Positions 18,410 through 18,689 of a stretch of 18,689 nucleotides of DNA are shown here, one piece after another. Origin of the DNA: Gemmatimonadota bacterium. GTDB taxonomy: Bacteria > Gemmatimonadota > Gemmatimonadetes > Longimicrobiales > Gaopeijiaceae. Position numbers and translations under genes: made by a program. The stretch covers positions 1 to 18,689 of the forward strand of contig JBDHHQ010000082.1 of assembly GCA_039589315.1 (NCBI GenBank), read 5' to 3'. Within the stretch, counting starts at the first letter, position 1. Each line of letters begins with the position of its first letter. Below the pieces are notes generated by a model. It was not told where the DNA came from. It saw nothing but the letters and a program-made list of their open reading frames with translations, and made no database searches.

Positions 18410-18689
18410 AACACAGGACCCGCATGACGTCGTTGGTACGCTGTCCCACCGTGGACAGGTACAGGTCCATGAGGCTGGTGGTGAGCTCCCGCAGGGTCTC
18501 GGCGGCGTCGATCGCCTGGACGGCGTGGTCGTATACGTCCCTCAGGTAGACCCGGGTGTCTTCCGTGATCAGCTCGGCCTCGCTCCGAAGGAGGCCCGAG
18601 ACGAGTTCGCGCACGGGCCAGATGGACCGACGCACGACCAGCACCTCGCGCTTGAGGGCGTGAGTCGGCGAGCCGTGTCGGGAGTGGGG
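18391..18689. repeat. 12-bp direct repeat TCGGGAGTGGGG at 18391-18402 and 18678-18689
   Basis: Identical 12-mer read directly in the last codons of tamB and in the last 12 nt of the window. Confidence 0.7.
18414..18689 (-). pseudogene. corA: Magnesium/cobalt transporter CorA fragment, frameshifted and 3'-truncated; 5' part outside the window
   Basis: HALKREVLVVRRSIWPVRE...YLRDVYDH...LMDLYLS...RTNDVMRVL matches the CorA stalk helices. Similarity stops before TM1, the GMN motif and TM2, and the frame then runs antisense into tamB (stop at 18345). Apparent 1-nt deletion near 18662. Confidence 0.8.

Overview
High-GC bacterial chromosome segment of almost entirely core genes. Seventeen + strand genes run head-to-tail, many translationally coupled: tgt, yajC, def, fmt, thiE/tenI-like, thiS, thiG, rsmB, PASTA-only membrane protein, TlpA-type thiol-disulfide oxidoreductase, CdaR/YbbR-like protein, tsaD, lgt, metallophosphoesterase, a 77-aa membrane protein, TamA/BamA-family Omp85 protein and TamB. 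A convergent, apparently broken corA fragment ends the window. Omp85/TamB indicate a diderm. The gene order is reminiscent of Gemmatimonadota, but that is inference and unverified. I see no RNA genes, CRISPR arrays, integrases or transposases, and no clear-cut novel system. The best leads are: (1) enrichment of D-(S/T)-(A/I/L/V/M/T) sequons in exported proteins, hinting at Bacteroidota-type general O-glycosylation; (2) a ThiE/TenI-fold protein lacking the signature residues of both enzymes; (3) PASTA and CdaR ectodomain proteins without their catalytic partners; (4) a Cys-paired TamA with a long C-terminal loop; (5) the frameshifted, truncated corA, near a 12-bp direct repeat.
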